Shown here: in pieces, positions 43,295 through 54,220 of the stretch
Layout: each line of letters starts with the position of its first letter
Position numbering within the stretch: position 1 is the stretch's first letter
IMG/VR virus record: IMGVR_UViG_3300022660_000042
From: a virus
Taxonomy: Duplodnaviria > Heunggongvirae > Uroviricota > Caudoviricetes
DNA length: 64,000 bases
Direction: 5' to 3' (one strand)
Program-made: the position numbers and the translations under genes
Notes under the pieces: generated by a model
Databases searched by the model: none
What the model saw: only the letters and a program-made list of their open reading frames with translations
What the model was told of the DNA's origin: nothing

Positions 43295-43384
43295 ATTGCC
43301 TTCCTACGGTAAATTGGTTATTGAAAAAGGAATAAAAATGGTCTTCAAAATCGAAGACCATTTTTTATTATCCTCTAGGATTGA

Positions 43385-44281
43385 TTACCAAGTAATCGCA
43401 CCGTCTTTGGTGGTCTTAACGCCATTGTCTTCGTTAAGAACGTTAACACCGTTATTGCGGCCTTCGATCGATTCAGTGATGCAGGCTTCGATTATGTTCG
43501 GCAAGGCCTGAATTGTAGCAACCTTTGCACGAGGACCGAGCAACTGACCGAAAGAATCTTCGATACGGCGCTTATAGCTGCTGTAGCTAGTAGCCCAATC
43601 ATCCACAGAGATGTGGAAAATATCGAACTTCTTGGATGCTTCAGCATAGAGCTTCTTGGTATCAACATCGGCCTGAGCCTTTGCTTCTTCACCGAGGAAG
43701 TAAGCAACCTTATTGCGAGGAAGCGTCGGATTCAACGGTTCATCGCCCATAGTGATGATAATACCCTTCTTGCCCTGCTTATCGAAGCAATCAAGCTTGG
43801 TCTGGTTAAGACCGAACAGCCATGCAGCCGAATACGATTCGTAAGCGTTTCCGCCACCGCCATGTTCCATGTAAATCTTGTCGATTGCCTTAGCAATACG
43901 AACGTCAGATTCAAACTGAGAAACCTGAAGCGGTGCATTGTCGCATTCGAGGTCACCGATACCCATTACCATAAATTCGATGTCATCCTTCTTATGTTCC
44001 TTCAAGAGGTTAACCATAATCGGACCGAGAGCTTCTGCGGTACGACGACAAGCATCGCCCATAGAACCGGTAACATCGAATGCAAGAATAACCGGCAAAG
44101 TATTCGGATGTTCTGTGCTATTCACACATTCACGGATGACGTTCTTCGGAGACATGGATTCATCCATGCGAGTTTCCTTGAACACCTGACCGCGAGTAAC
44201 ATAACCGCTACTATCTACTGCCTTTCCGACGCTACAGGAATAGCTACGGAAAGAGCTCATATCAAAACTTCCGCCACCCAT
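43385..44281 (-). CDS. vWA domain protein
   Basis: MIDAS-like FDVTGSMG, GGGGNAYESY, ITMGDE. Confidence 0.85.
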   Translation of the reverse strand: MGGGSFDMSSFRSYSCSVGKAVDSSGYVTRGQVFKETRMDESMSPKNVIRECVNSTEHPNTLPVILAFDVTGSMGDACRRTAEALGPIMVNLLKEHKKDDIEFMVMGIGDLECDNAPLQVSQFESDVRIAKAIDKIYMEHGGGGNAYESYSAAWLFGLNQTKLDCFDKQGKKGIIITMGDEPLNPTLPRNKVAYFLGEEAKAQADVDTKKLYAEASKKFDIFHISVDDWATSYSSYKRRIEDSFGQLLGPRAKVATIQALPNIIEACITESIEGRNNGVNVLNEDNGVKTTKDGAITW

Positions 44282-44296
44282 TGTGACACCTCCTTA

Positions 44297-45013
44297 TTAC
44301 TTAGTTACCTTCTTGGTCTTCTTAGCCGGCTTCTTCGGCGTTTCATCTTCTTCTTCACCGGTTTCTGCATCAAGTTCAGCATCTTCATTTTCGATGGTGT
44401 TCCAGGTTGCATCAGTATCGAAGTCAAGGTTGAACATGTTGGTGAAGTCGAGGCCGTTACCAGCACCACCGCCGAACATCTGCTGCATCATGAGCATCTG
44501 ACCCATGCCGCCGAACATATCGCCGCCGTTGCCGTTACCGTTGCCACCCATCATGCTCTTCATGATCATGAGCTGAATCATCTTGCCCATAAGGCCCTTA
44601 CCCTTGAGGCCAGCGTTTCCAAAGAGGGAAACAATCTTGCCGTACCAGAAAGCGTTGCCGAGGAATACGTGACGTTCCGGAACGATTTCACGGATTTCGC
44701 TGGTTTCGTAGTCGATGCACTTAATCGAACGGTCTTCGTCGCAAACACGGAGAACGCACTTCGGCTTGCCGTGGTCGAGAATGACGTCACCCGGCTGGAC
44801 CTTGCTGGTCGGGAGGACGAAGAACATGTCAGAAGCTTCCATACAGAAGTTCGTGACGTTAGTCAAGCGCTTCTTCGCCATGTTGTAAGTCTTGTAACCA
44901 TTGCTGGTCTTGATGGCAATGCCACCGCTCATCGAAAGGGCGCAAAGACCCTTGTCGATCTTGCCGAACATACCCTTGAATGTGTTACCCATGTTGAAAT
45001 CGAAATTGAACAT
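44297..45013 (-). CDS. hypothetical protein with Gly/Met-rich and acidic C-terminus
   Basis: ORF track; abuts the vWA gene. Confidence 0.75.
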   Translation of the reverse strand: MFNFDFNMGNTFKGMFGKIDKGLCALSMSGGIAIKTSNGYKTYNMAKKRLTNVTNFCMEASDMFFVLPTSKVQPGDVILDHGKPKCVLRVCDEDRSIKCIDYETSEIREIVPERHVFLGNAFWYGKIVSLFGNAGLKGKGLMGKMIQLMIMKSMMGGNGNGNGGDMFGGMGQMLMMQQMFGGGAGNGLDFTNMFNLDFDTDATWNTIENEDAELDAETGEEEDETPKKPAKKTKKVTK

Positions 45014-45060
45014 ATTGATTTTCCTTTTTTGTTTTATTGTTATTGTTTTTGTTTAGATTT

Positions 45061-45381
45061 TTACCATCTAATAACGTACTCTTCTGTTTCCTTATCTTCA
45101 GGTTCATAAAGTTCCCAGAAGGTTTCGTTAGGCATCGCATAGAATTGACCGTTAATACCTTTAACGACCCAATCGCCTTCTATGGCTGTATGCTCGCCAG
45201 TAGTTGTCTTGATAGTTACTCTTATTTTATTATGGTTAAAGTAATCGAGCGTATAATCGGTTTCGATAAAACCTTCACCCCAGCCTAAAAGAAGAGGGAG
45301 AGTTTCTTGTGCAATTTTGACCGCTTCTACCGTAATTGGTTTCTTGCGGAATCGAGGAATTTTAACGTCTTGTGTTTCCAT
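45061..45381 (-). CDS. Conserved phage protein (FRKKP..EA / GDW..KG..GQFY)
   Basis: Motif common in phage hypotheticals. Confidence 0.7.
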   Translation of the reverse strand: METQDVKIPRFRKKPITVEAVKIAQETLPLLLGWGEGFIETDYTLDYFNHNKIRVTIKTTTGEHTAIEGDWVVKGINGQFYAMPNETFWELYEPEDKETEEYVIRW

Positions 45382-45575
45382 TTTTAATCTCTGTGGTAAA
45401 TATAATAAAAAAACCGCTTTTTGTAAGCGGCTTTTTGTTAAAATTTTTTGTAAATTTTAATTAATGATATTTAATCAAAATACGACAAAACAAGCCGCGA
45501 TATGTGACTTGCTTGATGATGAAATGTCGTACTTGCGAATAATCATTTTTGTTACCTATGCATTATATATAGGAA

Positions 45576-46286
45576 TTATTTTTTGGTTTTCGCTTTTCTG
45601 AACGAAGTTTTTCTGTCAAAACCATAAGCTTCCAGACGGGTAATGTCGTCGCCTACAGGTACGATAGCATCGTCAGGTCTAGCATGAGTATCATACCAAT
45701 GTTCTAATTCCCATAATGCCATGTATGGATCTTTCGCCAGTTGGAATCGATAATCCTTCAGGCATGGCCAGGAAACAAAATTATAGTTACGCTGCCTATG
45801 CGGAAGTTCATTATATTTGGTCAGATTACGATAATCATCCAAATATAATACAGGACCGAACTTTTCAAATAACTCATAATTCCAGAATTTTACATCATCT
45901 GGATTTTTGTAATTGATATTACGGTCTTCTTTATTGATTCCAAACAATTTGGCTAACGACAGTTCACGATTACTCTTTACGATTTCGTCGAATGTATAAT
46001 ATTGAATTGTCGAAGGATCCGGTATATGATAATAATCTCGTTCTTCAGTAAAGAAATACCACTTTCCGCAGAAACCAATCATATGAAGATACTTATGGCC
46101 AAATGTCTTGCCATAACGTCCATCAAAGATATAGGCCAACTTACCGTCGAAATTTCCTAAGCTTTCAACTTCGCCAGAACGAATAAAATTATCTTTAGTA
46201 TTACGATGAATTACAACTTCAGATTCGTTAAACGAACCTAACGTGCAATCATAATAATCTTGGAATTTAGAAAATAATCTGAGCAT
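45576..46286 (-). CDS. hypothetical protein
   Basis: ORF track. Confidence 0.7.
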   Translation of the reverse strand: MLRLFSKFQDYYDCTLGSFNESEVVIHRNTKDNFIRSGEVESLGNFDGKLAYIFDGRYGKTFGHKYLHMIGFCGKWYFFTEERDYYHIPDPSTIQYYTFDEIVKSNRELSLAKLFGINKEDRNINYKNPDDVKFWNYELFEKFGPVLYLDDYRNLTKYNELPHRQRNYNFVSWPCLKDYRFQLAKDPYMALWELEHWYDTHARPDDAIVPVGDDITRLEAYGFDRKTSFRKAKTKK

Positions 46287-46294
46287 ATTAATCC

Positions 46295-47203
46295 TTAAAT
46301 ATCTATAATAAAATCTTCAAATGTTGTAGGAAATGAAGAACGTTCAATCTTTGGACCGGTGTAATCAACAAAATCACAGTACGCAATCCTTTCACCAGGA
46401 TAACCCAAAGGGTTACATATAATATGAATTACGTTTCCCTTAGAGTTAACATAGTCAGCCATACGTTTACCGTGAACATGACCACAAATCCAGTAGGTAT
46501 CATTATCAAGTTCCTCAAAGAACTTATCACCCTTAAAATAAAATACATAATTCCAAGGGTCATTACGGAAATCATGAGGAATTCCGAGTTCATAAGGAAC
46601 AAAATGAGTAACGACAACTTTTGGTTTCTGCGTTACGACGTTCATCATCTTTTCATCGTAATGATTCCAAATTTTCCCTGGTTCCTGGTTGAAGTATCTC
46701 CAGTGTTTACCGTCGAACCAGTTACGTTTCCAGGCTGTAAAAGCGTCAAGTCCATAAGTAGGAGCTTCACACTTGAAGTCGCACATACCCATGCAACCGC
46801 CAATGCCGTTAATAACTTCACCGTCGAGAATATGAACATTATCATGTTTTGCACAGACAATTTTCATTGCCTCAATTTTCTTTTCAGAAGAAACGAACGG
46901 TAAGTTAGATTTCGACGGTGTAGAACCACGAACAGCCAAGTCATGATTACCAAGAACCAAATAAACTTCTTTATACTTTGCAGCAATCCAAGGAATCATG
47001 CGTGAAAACGTCAGATAATCATTAGAATAATCACCTGCCAAAATAATGCGGTCAACGATAGGAATATTGTAGAACTTCCACAAATAGTCCATACTGTCAA
47101 TAACGACATCGGCCTTCGGGTCATCAAGTTTTAGACGAGAAGGCTTTACTGCATAAGGGAAATGAATATCTACATGTATATCTGATAAAATTAATGTTTT
47201 CAT
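46295..47203 (-). CDS. Calcineurin-like metallophosphoesterase
   Basis: SDIH, AGD, LGNHD, TH, GHVH. Confidence 0.88.
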   Translation of the reverse strand: MKTLILSDIHVDIHFPYAVKPSRLKLDDPKADVVIDSMDYLWKFYNIPIVDRIILAGDYSNDYLTFSRMIPWIAAKYKEVYLVLGNHDLAVRGSTPSKSNLPFVSSEKKIEAMKIVCAKHDNVHILDGEVINGIGGCMGMCDFKCEAPTYGLDAFTAWKRNWFDGKHWRYFNQEPGKIWNHYDEKMMNVVTQKPKVVVTHFVPYELGIPHDFRNDPWNYVFYFKGDKFFEELDNDTYWICGHVHGKRMADYVNSKGNVIHIICNPLGYPGERIAYCDFVDYTGPKIERSSFPTTFEDFIIDI

Positions 47204-47532
47204 GGTGATTCTTTACATTCATGGATAGCATTAATGAAAGCTCCCATGTTATTTGAAATACAGGTACTTTCACCAAGCTGTATATTTTCTTGTTTTTGCC
47301 AGTTCTTTGCGTTAGTATTTACATAGATTTCAACCCAAGGATGTTTCTTCTGGTCAAAATAATCAAGCAACATGATATACGGCATATCAGAATTTGCATG
47401 ATAGAAAAGTAAACCACTAAACTTGTCTTCGGCTGTAGGCAAACAACCAAACGTCATACATTCGTATTTTTCAATATATTTACGAAACATCTGTAAACGT
47501 TTTGGCAAGTATTCGATTTTTGCAATAAGCAT
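47200..47532 (-). CDS. hypothetical protein
   Basis: ORF track. Confidence 0.6.
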   Translation of the reverse strand: MLIAKIEYLPKRLQMFRKYIEKYECMTFGCLPTAEDKFSGLLFYHANSDMPYIMLLDYFDQKKHPWVEIYVNTNAKNWQKQENIQLGESTCISNNMGAFINAIHECKESP

Positions 47533-47546
47533 CGTTATTTCCTCGA

Positions 47547-48077
47547 TTAAAGTTCTGTAGGATTGACCAAGACAATCTTGACCTTTCCGCCGTAAAGTTC
47601 TATAGTTTCCTTTTTCTCTACCAAATCATCGATAAGCCAAAATTCAACAGGATCCTTAACTGTTGCATTGGCCTGTTTAAGCAATGTTTCCGATATACCC
47701 ATCTGAACGAATTCAGTAAAACAGCTTACCTTAGAAATACCGAATTCACTCATCATACCAGGTTCGATTGCTCGGTCAAAATCTTCCTGCTTTAACCAAC
47801 CAGTTTCAATGGCTGTCTGAACGCTTGCACTTTTCGGAATAACCCGGCAGTCACATCCGATATTCAATGGGTCGATACCAAGTTTAACCAACATAGAATT
47901 GACTATGTTAATATCGACATCTGTAGGCATTTTCCAGCCCCAAGTGAAGAAGTTAAAACAGACAGGATCTTCTTCCTTAAGAAGCTTTGTAATCTTCTTA
48001 CAGTTTTCTTCAAGAAAATTACAGTTAACCAAATCGTCGATAATGGTATTTTCTATGTCGGTAAAAATAAAACGCAT
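47547..48077 (-). CDS. Possible HAD-like hydrolase
   Basis: FIFTDIENT, LIDD. Confidence 0.5.
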   Translation of the reverse strand: MRFIFTDIENTIIDDLVNCNFLEENCKKITKLLKEEDPVCFNFFTWGWKMPTDVDINIVNSMLVKLGIDPLNIGCDCRVIPKSASVQTAIETGWLKQEDFDRAIEPGMMSEFGISKVSCFTEFVQMGISETLLKQANATVKDPVEFWLIDDLVEKKETIELYGGKVKIVLVNPTEL

Positions 48078-48118
48078 ATTGCAAATATAGCAACATGCGT
48101 TAATCTTGTAAACCCTGA

Positions 48119-48406
48119 TTACTTCAAATTATTTAAAATTATATCCATTTTCCATTTATTGAGATATTGTATGGTTTCATTTAACGGAGGCAATGGTTTA
48201 TTCTTAAAATGTTTCTGTATATGCGACCATGCATTACCGATTCCATAACGTATTGCCATATCTTCAGATAAATGTTTTTCATTAATTATATTTGAGAATA
48301 CATCAAGATAAACATCTACATATGCCGTTATAAAATCTAAAACGTCATCTTTATAATACTTATAAGACGCTCTATTTTTAAGATGATATTTATCTTCCAG
48401 CAGCAT
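48119..48406 (-). CDS. hypothetical protein
   Basis: ORF track. Confidence 0.6.
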   Translation of the reverse strand: MLLEDKYHLKNRASYKYYKDDVLDFITAYVDVYLDVFSNIINEKHLSEDMAIRYGIGNAWSHIQKHFKNKPLPPLNETIQYLNKWKMDIILNNLK

Positions 48407-48408
48407 AA

Positions 48409-48591
48409 TTATTCAGAAAGCAAATACTTACCTACGAAATACACGATCAGTCCGAGAATAATAATCGGAGCGAACATGTAGCAAAGCAGACAGATAAGGA
48501 TAATCTTCGGGATATTCAAGTAATTCTTTCCTGTGCAAATGAAGTAAATGCAGAGGACAGTTGCGAGGATTAACCAGAAAGATACGATCAT
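48409..48591 (-). CDS. Small membrane protein
   Basis: Two TM segments. Confidence 0.6.
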   Translation of the reverse strand: MIVSFWLILATVLCIYFICTGKNYLNIPKIILICLLCYMFAPIIILGLIVYFVGKYLLSE

Positions 48592-48592
48592 T

Positions 48593-49114
48593 TTATTCTC
48601 CTAATACGGTTGAGTTTTTTAAGCCTGCGGTTTTACAAAGAGTATCGAATACGAAAGTATTGAAATGCAAAAGACCATGTGCATAACCAATAACTTTTAC
48701 AAGTATTCCATACTTTTCAAACAAATACTTTTCAATGAATAAACCGACCGCGACAGAACGGCGTTTACCAGAACGACAATGGATATACCATGTAGACTGT
48801 GACTTATTCTGTTCGATAAAATCTATAATAGTCTTTGCATTATCTTTGGTAATACCCTGTGCAAGACCATATTCGGTTTCTTTTGAAGGACAAGTAATAT
48901 CGTCAAATTCGATATTAAGCACATTGCTATGATTTTCGCTGAACCAGTGTTCATCGGTTTCATGCTTGACATTTTCAAGATAATTATGCTTTATTTCCGG
49001 TAGACAACAAATGGAAATAAATGCACAAGTTGATGGAATATCACAATCATTCCACTTATTGGCCTTCATCAAGGCATCAAAATGTGTGTGCGGATAAACA
49101 TAGCAAGTAATCAT
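48593..49114 (-). CDS. Tyrosine/dual-specificity phosphatase-like protein
   Basis: IHCRSGKRRS (HCxxGxxRS). Confidence 0.8.
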   Translation of the reverse strand: MITCYVYPHTHFDALMKANKWNDCDIPSTCAFISICCLPEIKHNYLENVKHETDEHWFSENHSNVLNIEFDDITCPSKETEYGLAQGITKDNAKTIIDFIEQNKSQSTWYIHCRSGKRRSVAVGLFIEKYLFEKYGILVKVIGYAHGLLHFNTFVFDTLCKTAGLKNSTVLGE

Positions 49115-49312
49115 ATAACAAATATAATAAAGAAAACCCGTTTTGTCAACGGGTTATTTTTACTTTCCAAAAATTATTATTCCCAACATTATAATTATTC
49201 CGAGTCCAAGAAGTAAAATTGTTAGGTCATAATTCAATGTAACTTTTTTATTATATACAGGTTCTAACTTAGGTACCTTATCTGTCCTTTTCATTTTTCC
49301 TCCTTGTATTAT

Positions 49313-49843
49313 TTATACTTCAGGAAGAACAGTATCATTTTTCTCCTTTTCTAAATAATACGCATCAAGTAAGGCACGAATATCTTTGAATAACATATTC
49401 TGTGAAAACTTTTCATCAAATGCTTCACAATATTCTTTTAGCCTTGATATACTTTCGTCAAGCTTAGTTTCTTTTTCATTATTGTCAACAACTTCTGTTT
49501 CTACGTCGATTTCTTTAAACTTAGCAAAGAACTTGTCAAACTTATCGAAATTAAAACGTATCGGCTTACCGTCAGCATATTCAAAGTATTCCGACATTAT
49601 AAAATCCTGAAGATCGTATTTCTTTTTAAGATATTCATACGGTCTTAGATTACAATATGTATACGTATCGGTTACTCGGAACGTTATGATACCGAGGATT
49701 TTTTCCTTATACGATACATACCAAATGTCATCGTTCATTATTGTGTTTTTAACTATATCAAAACCGTTTCGTATCAGATTCAACCGAAACAAATACGACG
49801 TATTATTGAGATAGTTAAATTTTTTAATGTCGTCTGGCAGCAT
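49313..49843 (-). CDS. hypothetical protein
   Basis: ORF track. Confidence 0.65.
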   Translation of the reverse strand: MLPDDIKKFNYLNNTSYLFRLNLIRNGFDIVKNTIMNDDIWYVSYKEKILGIITFRVTDTYTYCNLRPYEYLKKKYDLQDFIMSEYFEYADGKPIRFNFDKFDKFFAKFKEIDVETEVVDNNEKETKLDESISRLKEYCEAFDEKFSQNMLFKDIRALLDAYYLEKEKNDTVLPEV

Positions 49844-50015
49844 TGTTATTATTTATTCAGGAATTTATCGAAATCAGAAAGAACACCCTTAAGCGTCGGC
49901 TGAGGCTTCACTTCCTTATATGAATATGTTGTTTCACTGTTATCATAGTCATTCAACATATAAATGAGCATCATAAGAAAACACGGAATTGTTACAAAAA
50001 GCAATAAAGCTAAAA

Positions 50016-50855
50016 TCATACTTCAAATACCTTCTTGAAAGTGTCATAATTTGTCGTGTCTTCGCTGGAGCAATATACGGCGAATACGATATTCTTGAAC
50101 GTATGTGTAAAGTGCTCAGAAATAACCTTCTTATAGGCCTTTGCTACAACTTCCGGCGGATTCCTGAAAGCGCCACAGCCAAATGCACCAAGAATAACGG
50201 TTTCATTTCCGTGGAATGCAGCACAGGAAAGAATCTTAAATGCACGGGTTTCATGGAGCTTCTGAAGTTCTGCATTCGAAATCTTAACGCCTTCGCCATT
50301 TTCATGGTTATAGGCATTGGCCGGAGTTTCACGAAGATTCGGAGCCGCACAGGTAATGACGTTTACCTTAGCATTCTGGAAAAGGTTATTATAACTGTCA
50401 GACTTAAGGATAACGACATCAGGAGTATAGATAATGTCATCATTGTGCAACGGCGTTCCATTCGTCTTATGGGGCGTGTAGAACAGTTCTTTTGCCCAAT
50501 CAGTATTTAGACACTGGTAGAGCGTAGAACAGCGACAGAGACACTCTTCTTGAGCACTGGAGCCCTTCGTGACACCACCACCCGGATTAGTAGCCGAAGC
50601 AAAGTTCAAAACGGCAACCTTTCCGCCATACTTACGAGCAGTATTGAAAGAACCGTCCTTACATACAGTAATCTTTGCCGGAGCATCAAACGACTGTTTT
50701 CGACCGTTCTTAAAATATTCGATAGACGATGCATCAGAATAGAATACCTGGTTCTTGTAAGAATACTTAACGGATTCCTGCAACTTAGGATCCTTTGCAA
50801 TCTGGGCGAGCGTGTCGTTAAAAATCTTAATGTTTTCTGCTTTCTTGGAGTACAT
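50016..50855 (-). CDS. Microbial-type PARG / macrodomain (TIGR02452, DUF2263-like)
   Basis: LNFASATNPGGG..AQEECLCRCSTL, LGAFGCGAFRN. Confidence 0.9.
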   Translation of the reverse strand: MYSKKAENIKIFNDTLAQIAKDPKLQESVKYSYKNQVFYSDASSIEYFKNGRKQSFDAPAKITVCKDGSFNTARKYGGKVAVLNFASATNPGGGVTKGSSAQEECLCRCSTLYQCLNTDWAKELFYTPHKTNGTPLHNDDIIYTPDVVILKSDSYNNLFQNAKVNVITCAAPNLRETPANAYNHENGEGVKISNAELQKLHETRAFKILSCAAFHGNETVILGAFGCGAFRNPPEVVAKAYKKVISEHFTHTFKNIVFAVYCSSEDTTNYDTFKKVFEV

Positions 50856-50920
50856 AGTTTTTCCTAATGAAATTTTTTCCTAATATAGAAAAAGGATTGA
50901 CTTTCGTCAACCCCTTTTAT

Positions 50921-50988
50921 TGCAGCCACCTGAATCGAACAGGTCCTCATAGTCAATGGACTATGTAATGCGCCATACAACAGACTGC
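50921..50988 (-). tRNA. Degenerate tRNA-like element
   Basis: T arm ACCTG-TTCGATT-CAGGT, GCAGTC/GGCTGC acceptor, irregular CATAGT-CCATTG-ACTATG arm. Confidence 0.4.
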
Positions 50989-51058
50989 GGTCCCATTTTA
51001 TATTTCAACCGCTCAAGACACATTTAAGTCTATGTTGCGGTATGGGTTTTAGAATCAA

Positions 51059-51706
51059 TTAGCCGTTCTGATTCTTGTATTCGCGAACAGCGTCTTCGAA
51101 TTCAAGGTCAATCACGCTGGACTTGAGGTCGTTCTTGTGCGGATGGACGATTTCAGAGACTTCCTGCTTTGCTTCCATGCGGAACTGCGTGGTCTGGACT
51201 TCCTTTTCGATTTCAGCGATCATTTCGTTGCAATCGAGACCGAAGTCACCGAGAGTGGTGCTGGAGCACATCTTGCAAGTATCGATCTGGACCTGAAGAG
51301 TCGTCAACTTAGCTTCCATGAGAGCCTTGTTGGTATCGATGTTCTTGAGGGTGTCACGGACCTTGACACACTGCTTTTCAGTGTTCTGCCAAGCATTTTC
51401 GATGGTGTCACGAGCAGACTTGAGGCCCTTCCAAGTGATGAACTTGATCTTGGCTTCATCGGTCTTGTTACCGTCAACGAGACGTTCCCAGTCACGGCGA
51501 GCCGTAGCGGTCTGAACGTCGAGTTCGTCAAAGCGCTTCTTCAAGGTCTTAGCATTCACCAGCATGTCTTCTGCAGACTTGATGTACTGAGCAGCGTTCT
51601 TGTTGTACTGACGACGAATTTCTTCAATCTTATCCTTGGTGGAGATGAGAGATTCGATGCCATTCTGAGCCTTGTGAGCGAAGATTTTGAAGATATTGAA
51701 CTTCAT
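51059..51706 (-). CDS. Coiled-coil protein, possibly PspA/IM30-like
   Basis: Long helical repeat pattern. Confidence 0.5.
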   Translation of the reverse strand: MKFNIFKIFAHKAQNGIESLISTKDKIEEIRRQYNKNAAQYIKSAEDMLVNAKTLKKRFDELDVQTATARRDWERLVDGNKTDEAKIKFITWKGLKSARDTIENAWQNTEKQCVKVRDTLKNIDTNKALMEAKLTTLQVQIDTCKMCSSTTLGDFGLDCNEMIAEIEKEVQTTQFRMEAKQEVSEIVHPHKNDLKSSVIDLEFEDAVREYKNQNG

Positions 51707-51793
51707 AGTATTTTTCCTTTTTTGTTTGGTGTTAAATTGTTGTTGTGTTGTTAAATATAGTAAAGTTTGTTTGTTTTGTCAACCCGGTTTTTT

Positions 51794-52030
51794 TTACTTG
51801 ACAGTTTCAAGGGATTGAAGACCGTCACGCTGAACAGGCATTGTCGGAACCTTGAGAACAAGGTCTTGATTTACCTGTACCGGATTTGACATGTAGACGT
51901 TAATAGCTTCAACAGAATTAAGAGGCTTGACTTCCTTGCTCTTGCTATACGCTTCGGCGCCGAAATAAACGCCAGCCGAGATACCAAGAACCGCGATAGT
52001 CGATACCGTAATCTTAATGTATGAATTCAT
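51794..52030 (-). CDS. hypothetical membrane-anchored protein
   Basis: N-terminal TM segment. Confidence 0.6.
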   Translation of the reverse strand: MNSYIKITVSTIAVLGISAGVYFGAEAYSKSKEVKPLNSVEAINVYMSNPVQVNQDLVLKVPTMPVQRDGLQSLETVK

Positions 52031-52101
52031 TTTGTTTCCTTATTGGTTATTCATTTAACGATGTAAATATAGCAATCTTTTTTAGTTTTGTCAATGCTTT
52101 T

Positions 52102-52362
52102 TTATCTAAAAACTTGAGGCATGATAGTATACATATTAACCGTGCTCTTGTCGACATTCTTATAAGTGTCAAAGCGGTGTTTATATTCTTCGATACTTAT
52201 AGACATTGCCTTCATACGTTCAGCCTTAGCATATTCCTTTTGACCATCATTAATGGTAAAATCATTGATACCACCGGCAATAACTAAAACCAGCATGCAC
52301 AAAAGACTAGCGATAGCTGTAAAAGCAAGTTCATCGTCATAATTATGTTCATTTGAACGCAT
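52102..52362 (-). CDS. hypothetical membrane protein
   Basis: TM segment. Confidence 0.6.
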   Translation of the reverse strand: MRSNEHNYDDELAFTAIASLLCMLVLVIAGGINDFTINDGQKEYAKAERMKAMSISIEEYKHRFDTYKNVDKSTVNMYTIMPQVFR

Positions 52363-52366
52363 AAAA

Positions 52367-52873
52367 CTACTTCCTTATAAATTGATTAACATCTTTCATC
52401 ATATTGTCAAGATTATTCTTGATATACTTTTCATTAGCAATATCTTCGTTCTCACGCTTATTTCTAATCCTTGAAGGTGTTGTAAAGATAAATGCAAGAA
52501 TATCATATACAGGCAATATGTAATAGTAATACTTACTGGAATTGTCAGATACCATTTTAGAAATAAATGTGATTAACAGAAAATATATCGCTAAGATAAA
52601 CAGTTTTTCTACATATTGGAAAAACACGGAAGTCTTATCATCATATTCGATTTTCTTTTCTGCGAAATACCCATTATAGACTTCTTTTAATTCATCTTTT
52701 GAAATACCTGCTCTAATTCGAAGATTTTCATAATTATCGTATTTACAGTCACAGAGACCACCATTATCGGCGGATTCAACTTTATGTTCAGTAATCTCGG
52801 CTGTTGGAATTCCGGTAACTGCGAAAATGATACCTAATACCAATACAGCTTCAATAATAATTTTATGTAACAT
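52367..52873 (-). CDS. hypothetical membrane protein
   Basis: TM segments. Confidence 0.65.
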   Translation of the reverse strand: MLHKIIIEAVLVLGIIFAVTGIPTAEITEHKVESADNGGLCDCKYDNYENLRIRAGISKDELKEVYNGYFAEKKIEYDDKTSVFFQYVEKLFILAIYFLLITFISKMVSDNSSKYYYYILPVYDILAFIFTTPSRIRNKRENEDIANEKYIKNNLDNMMKDVNQFIRK

Positions 52874-53418
52874 TATCTATCTCCGTCTTTAAGAAACTGG
52901 TCATACTTATTCCATATAGCGGCTTCCGCACTTCTAGGCTTATTAGCGTTTTTCTGTTTTACTGCTTGTTTGATATTGGTAATATACAGAATTCCACGTT
53001 CAATGACATCCTGAATACCGACAAAAAACAAAATAATTGCAGTTATTGAAAAATATACAAAACCTAACGGCGAAAGTACAGTATATACCCATAGATAGAT
53101 AAGATAAAAGATTCTTTGCTTATCATTATAACAGGGATGACTACAACCAGCCTTTATTGCACATATGAGAATCAAAAACAAAATTATTGCCCAGATTGTC
53201 ATATAAGTATAAACGCTAGGCATAGTGTTAAATACTTCGAACGTATTTTGACGATCGTAGATTCCACCCTTAGACCAACCCATAATACCAACAATTAGCA
53301 TAAAAAGATTAAAGAAGGATGAAAGTACAATCTGAACCAAAAATAATATAGATGGTCCATCTTCACCCATATTTCCAGCACGTATTGATCTTGTTGTTTT
53401 TCCAAAAAACGAGAACAT
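52873..53418 (-). CDS. hypothetical membrane protein
   Basis: 3-4 TM segments. Confidence 0.65.
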   Translation of the reverse strand: MFSFFGKTTRSIRAGNMGEDGPSILFLVQIVLSSFFNLFMLIVGIMGWSKGGIYDRQNTFEVFNTMPSVYTYMTIWAIILFLILICAIKAGCSHPCYNDKQRIFYLIYLWVYTVLSPLGFVYFSITAIILFFVGIQDVIERGILYITNIKQAVKQKNANKPRSAEAAIWNKYDQFLKDGDR

Positions 53419-53726
53419 TATTCATCATCTCCTATATTAATTTCGATTACTGAAAACTTTACATTTCCGAAAAGCTTTTTGGCATATCGTCTAATTTCTT
53501 TAAGCTTCGGGCTTATTGTAGTTTCAAACCAAGTCGGTTCCGGTTCAGGTTCTGGCGGTTTTGGCGGATCAGGTTTTTTTTAATAACCGATTATAATCCT
53601 CAATTACACCAGGGAGGTCTAAATCAACTGTCACTTTTGCAGAAATTTCTTCCTTACACCGTTTTTCCCAACGGTTTACAAGAACAAGAGCAACAATAGA
53701 AACAACTATAAGAATAATATAAAATA

Positions 53727-53960
53727 TCATTCGATTCGAACCTCTATCGTCGGAATAACCGGTTCACCATTTAACAGTCTGTCAAAATTCTCCGCAAGTT
53801 TACCAGGTTCTGTAACGTATGTATCTGTCCAGAATTTCTTATTTGCATGTTCAATAAGCTTATTATGTAACATGTCATATAGTGCATAAACAAGACATGC
53901 AAGTATAAACCCGCTGACTATAAAAACAGGAAACATAAAAATTAATTCAATAAATGTCAT
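53727..53960 (-). CDS. hypothetical membrane protein
   Basis: TM segment. Confidence 0.55.
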   Translation of the reverse strand: MTFIELIFMFPVFIVSGFILACLVYALYDMLHNKLIEHANKKFWTDTYVTEPGKLAENFDRLLNGEPVIPTIEVRIE

Positions 53961-53965
53961 ACTTT

Positions 53966-54178
53966 TTATTCCTTTTCAACAATCTGTTTTTGCAGGTTAT
54001 TAACGACAATATTTAAATTCTCTTCTGTAACAGGTTTTCTAAGTTTCTTAAGAATTTCCTTTGCAACTTTCAAAAGCTGTTTTTTATCTGCATTATCTGC
54101 TTTAGATATTAGCCGATTCCAAACTTTATTCAAGTCCATAATACCATCAGTGTTATATCTATTAGGAAACTTCTCCAT
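53966..54178 (-). CDS. hypothetical protein
   Basis: ORF track. Confidence 0.6.
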   Translation of the reverse strand: MEKFPNRYNTDGIMDLNKVWNRLISKADNADKKQLLKVAKEILKKLRKPVTEENLNIVVNNLQKQIVEKE

Positions 54179-54220
54179 TACGTGTTAAATATAGTAAATG
54201 TTCACATGTTTGTCAATGTT

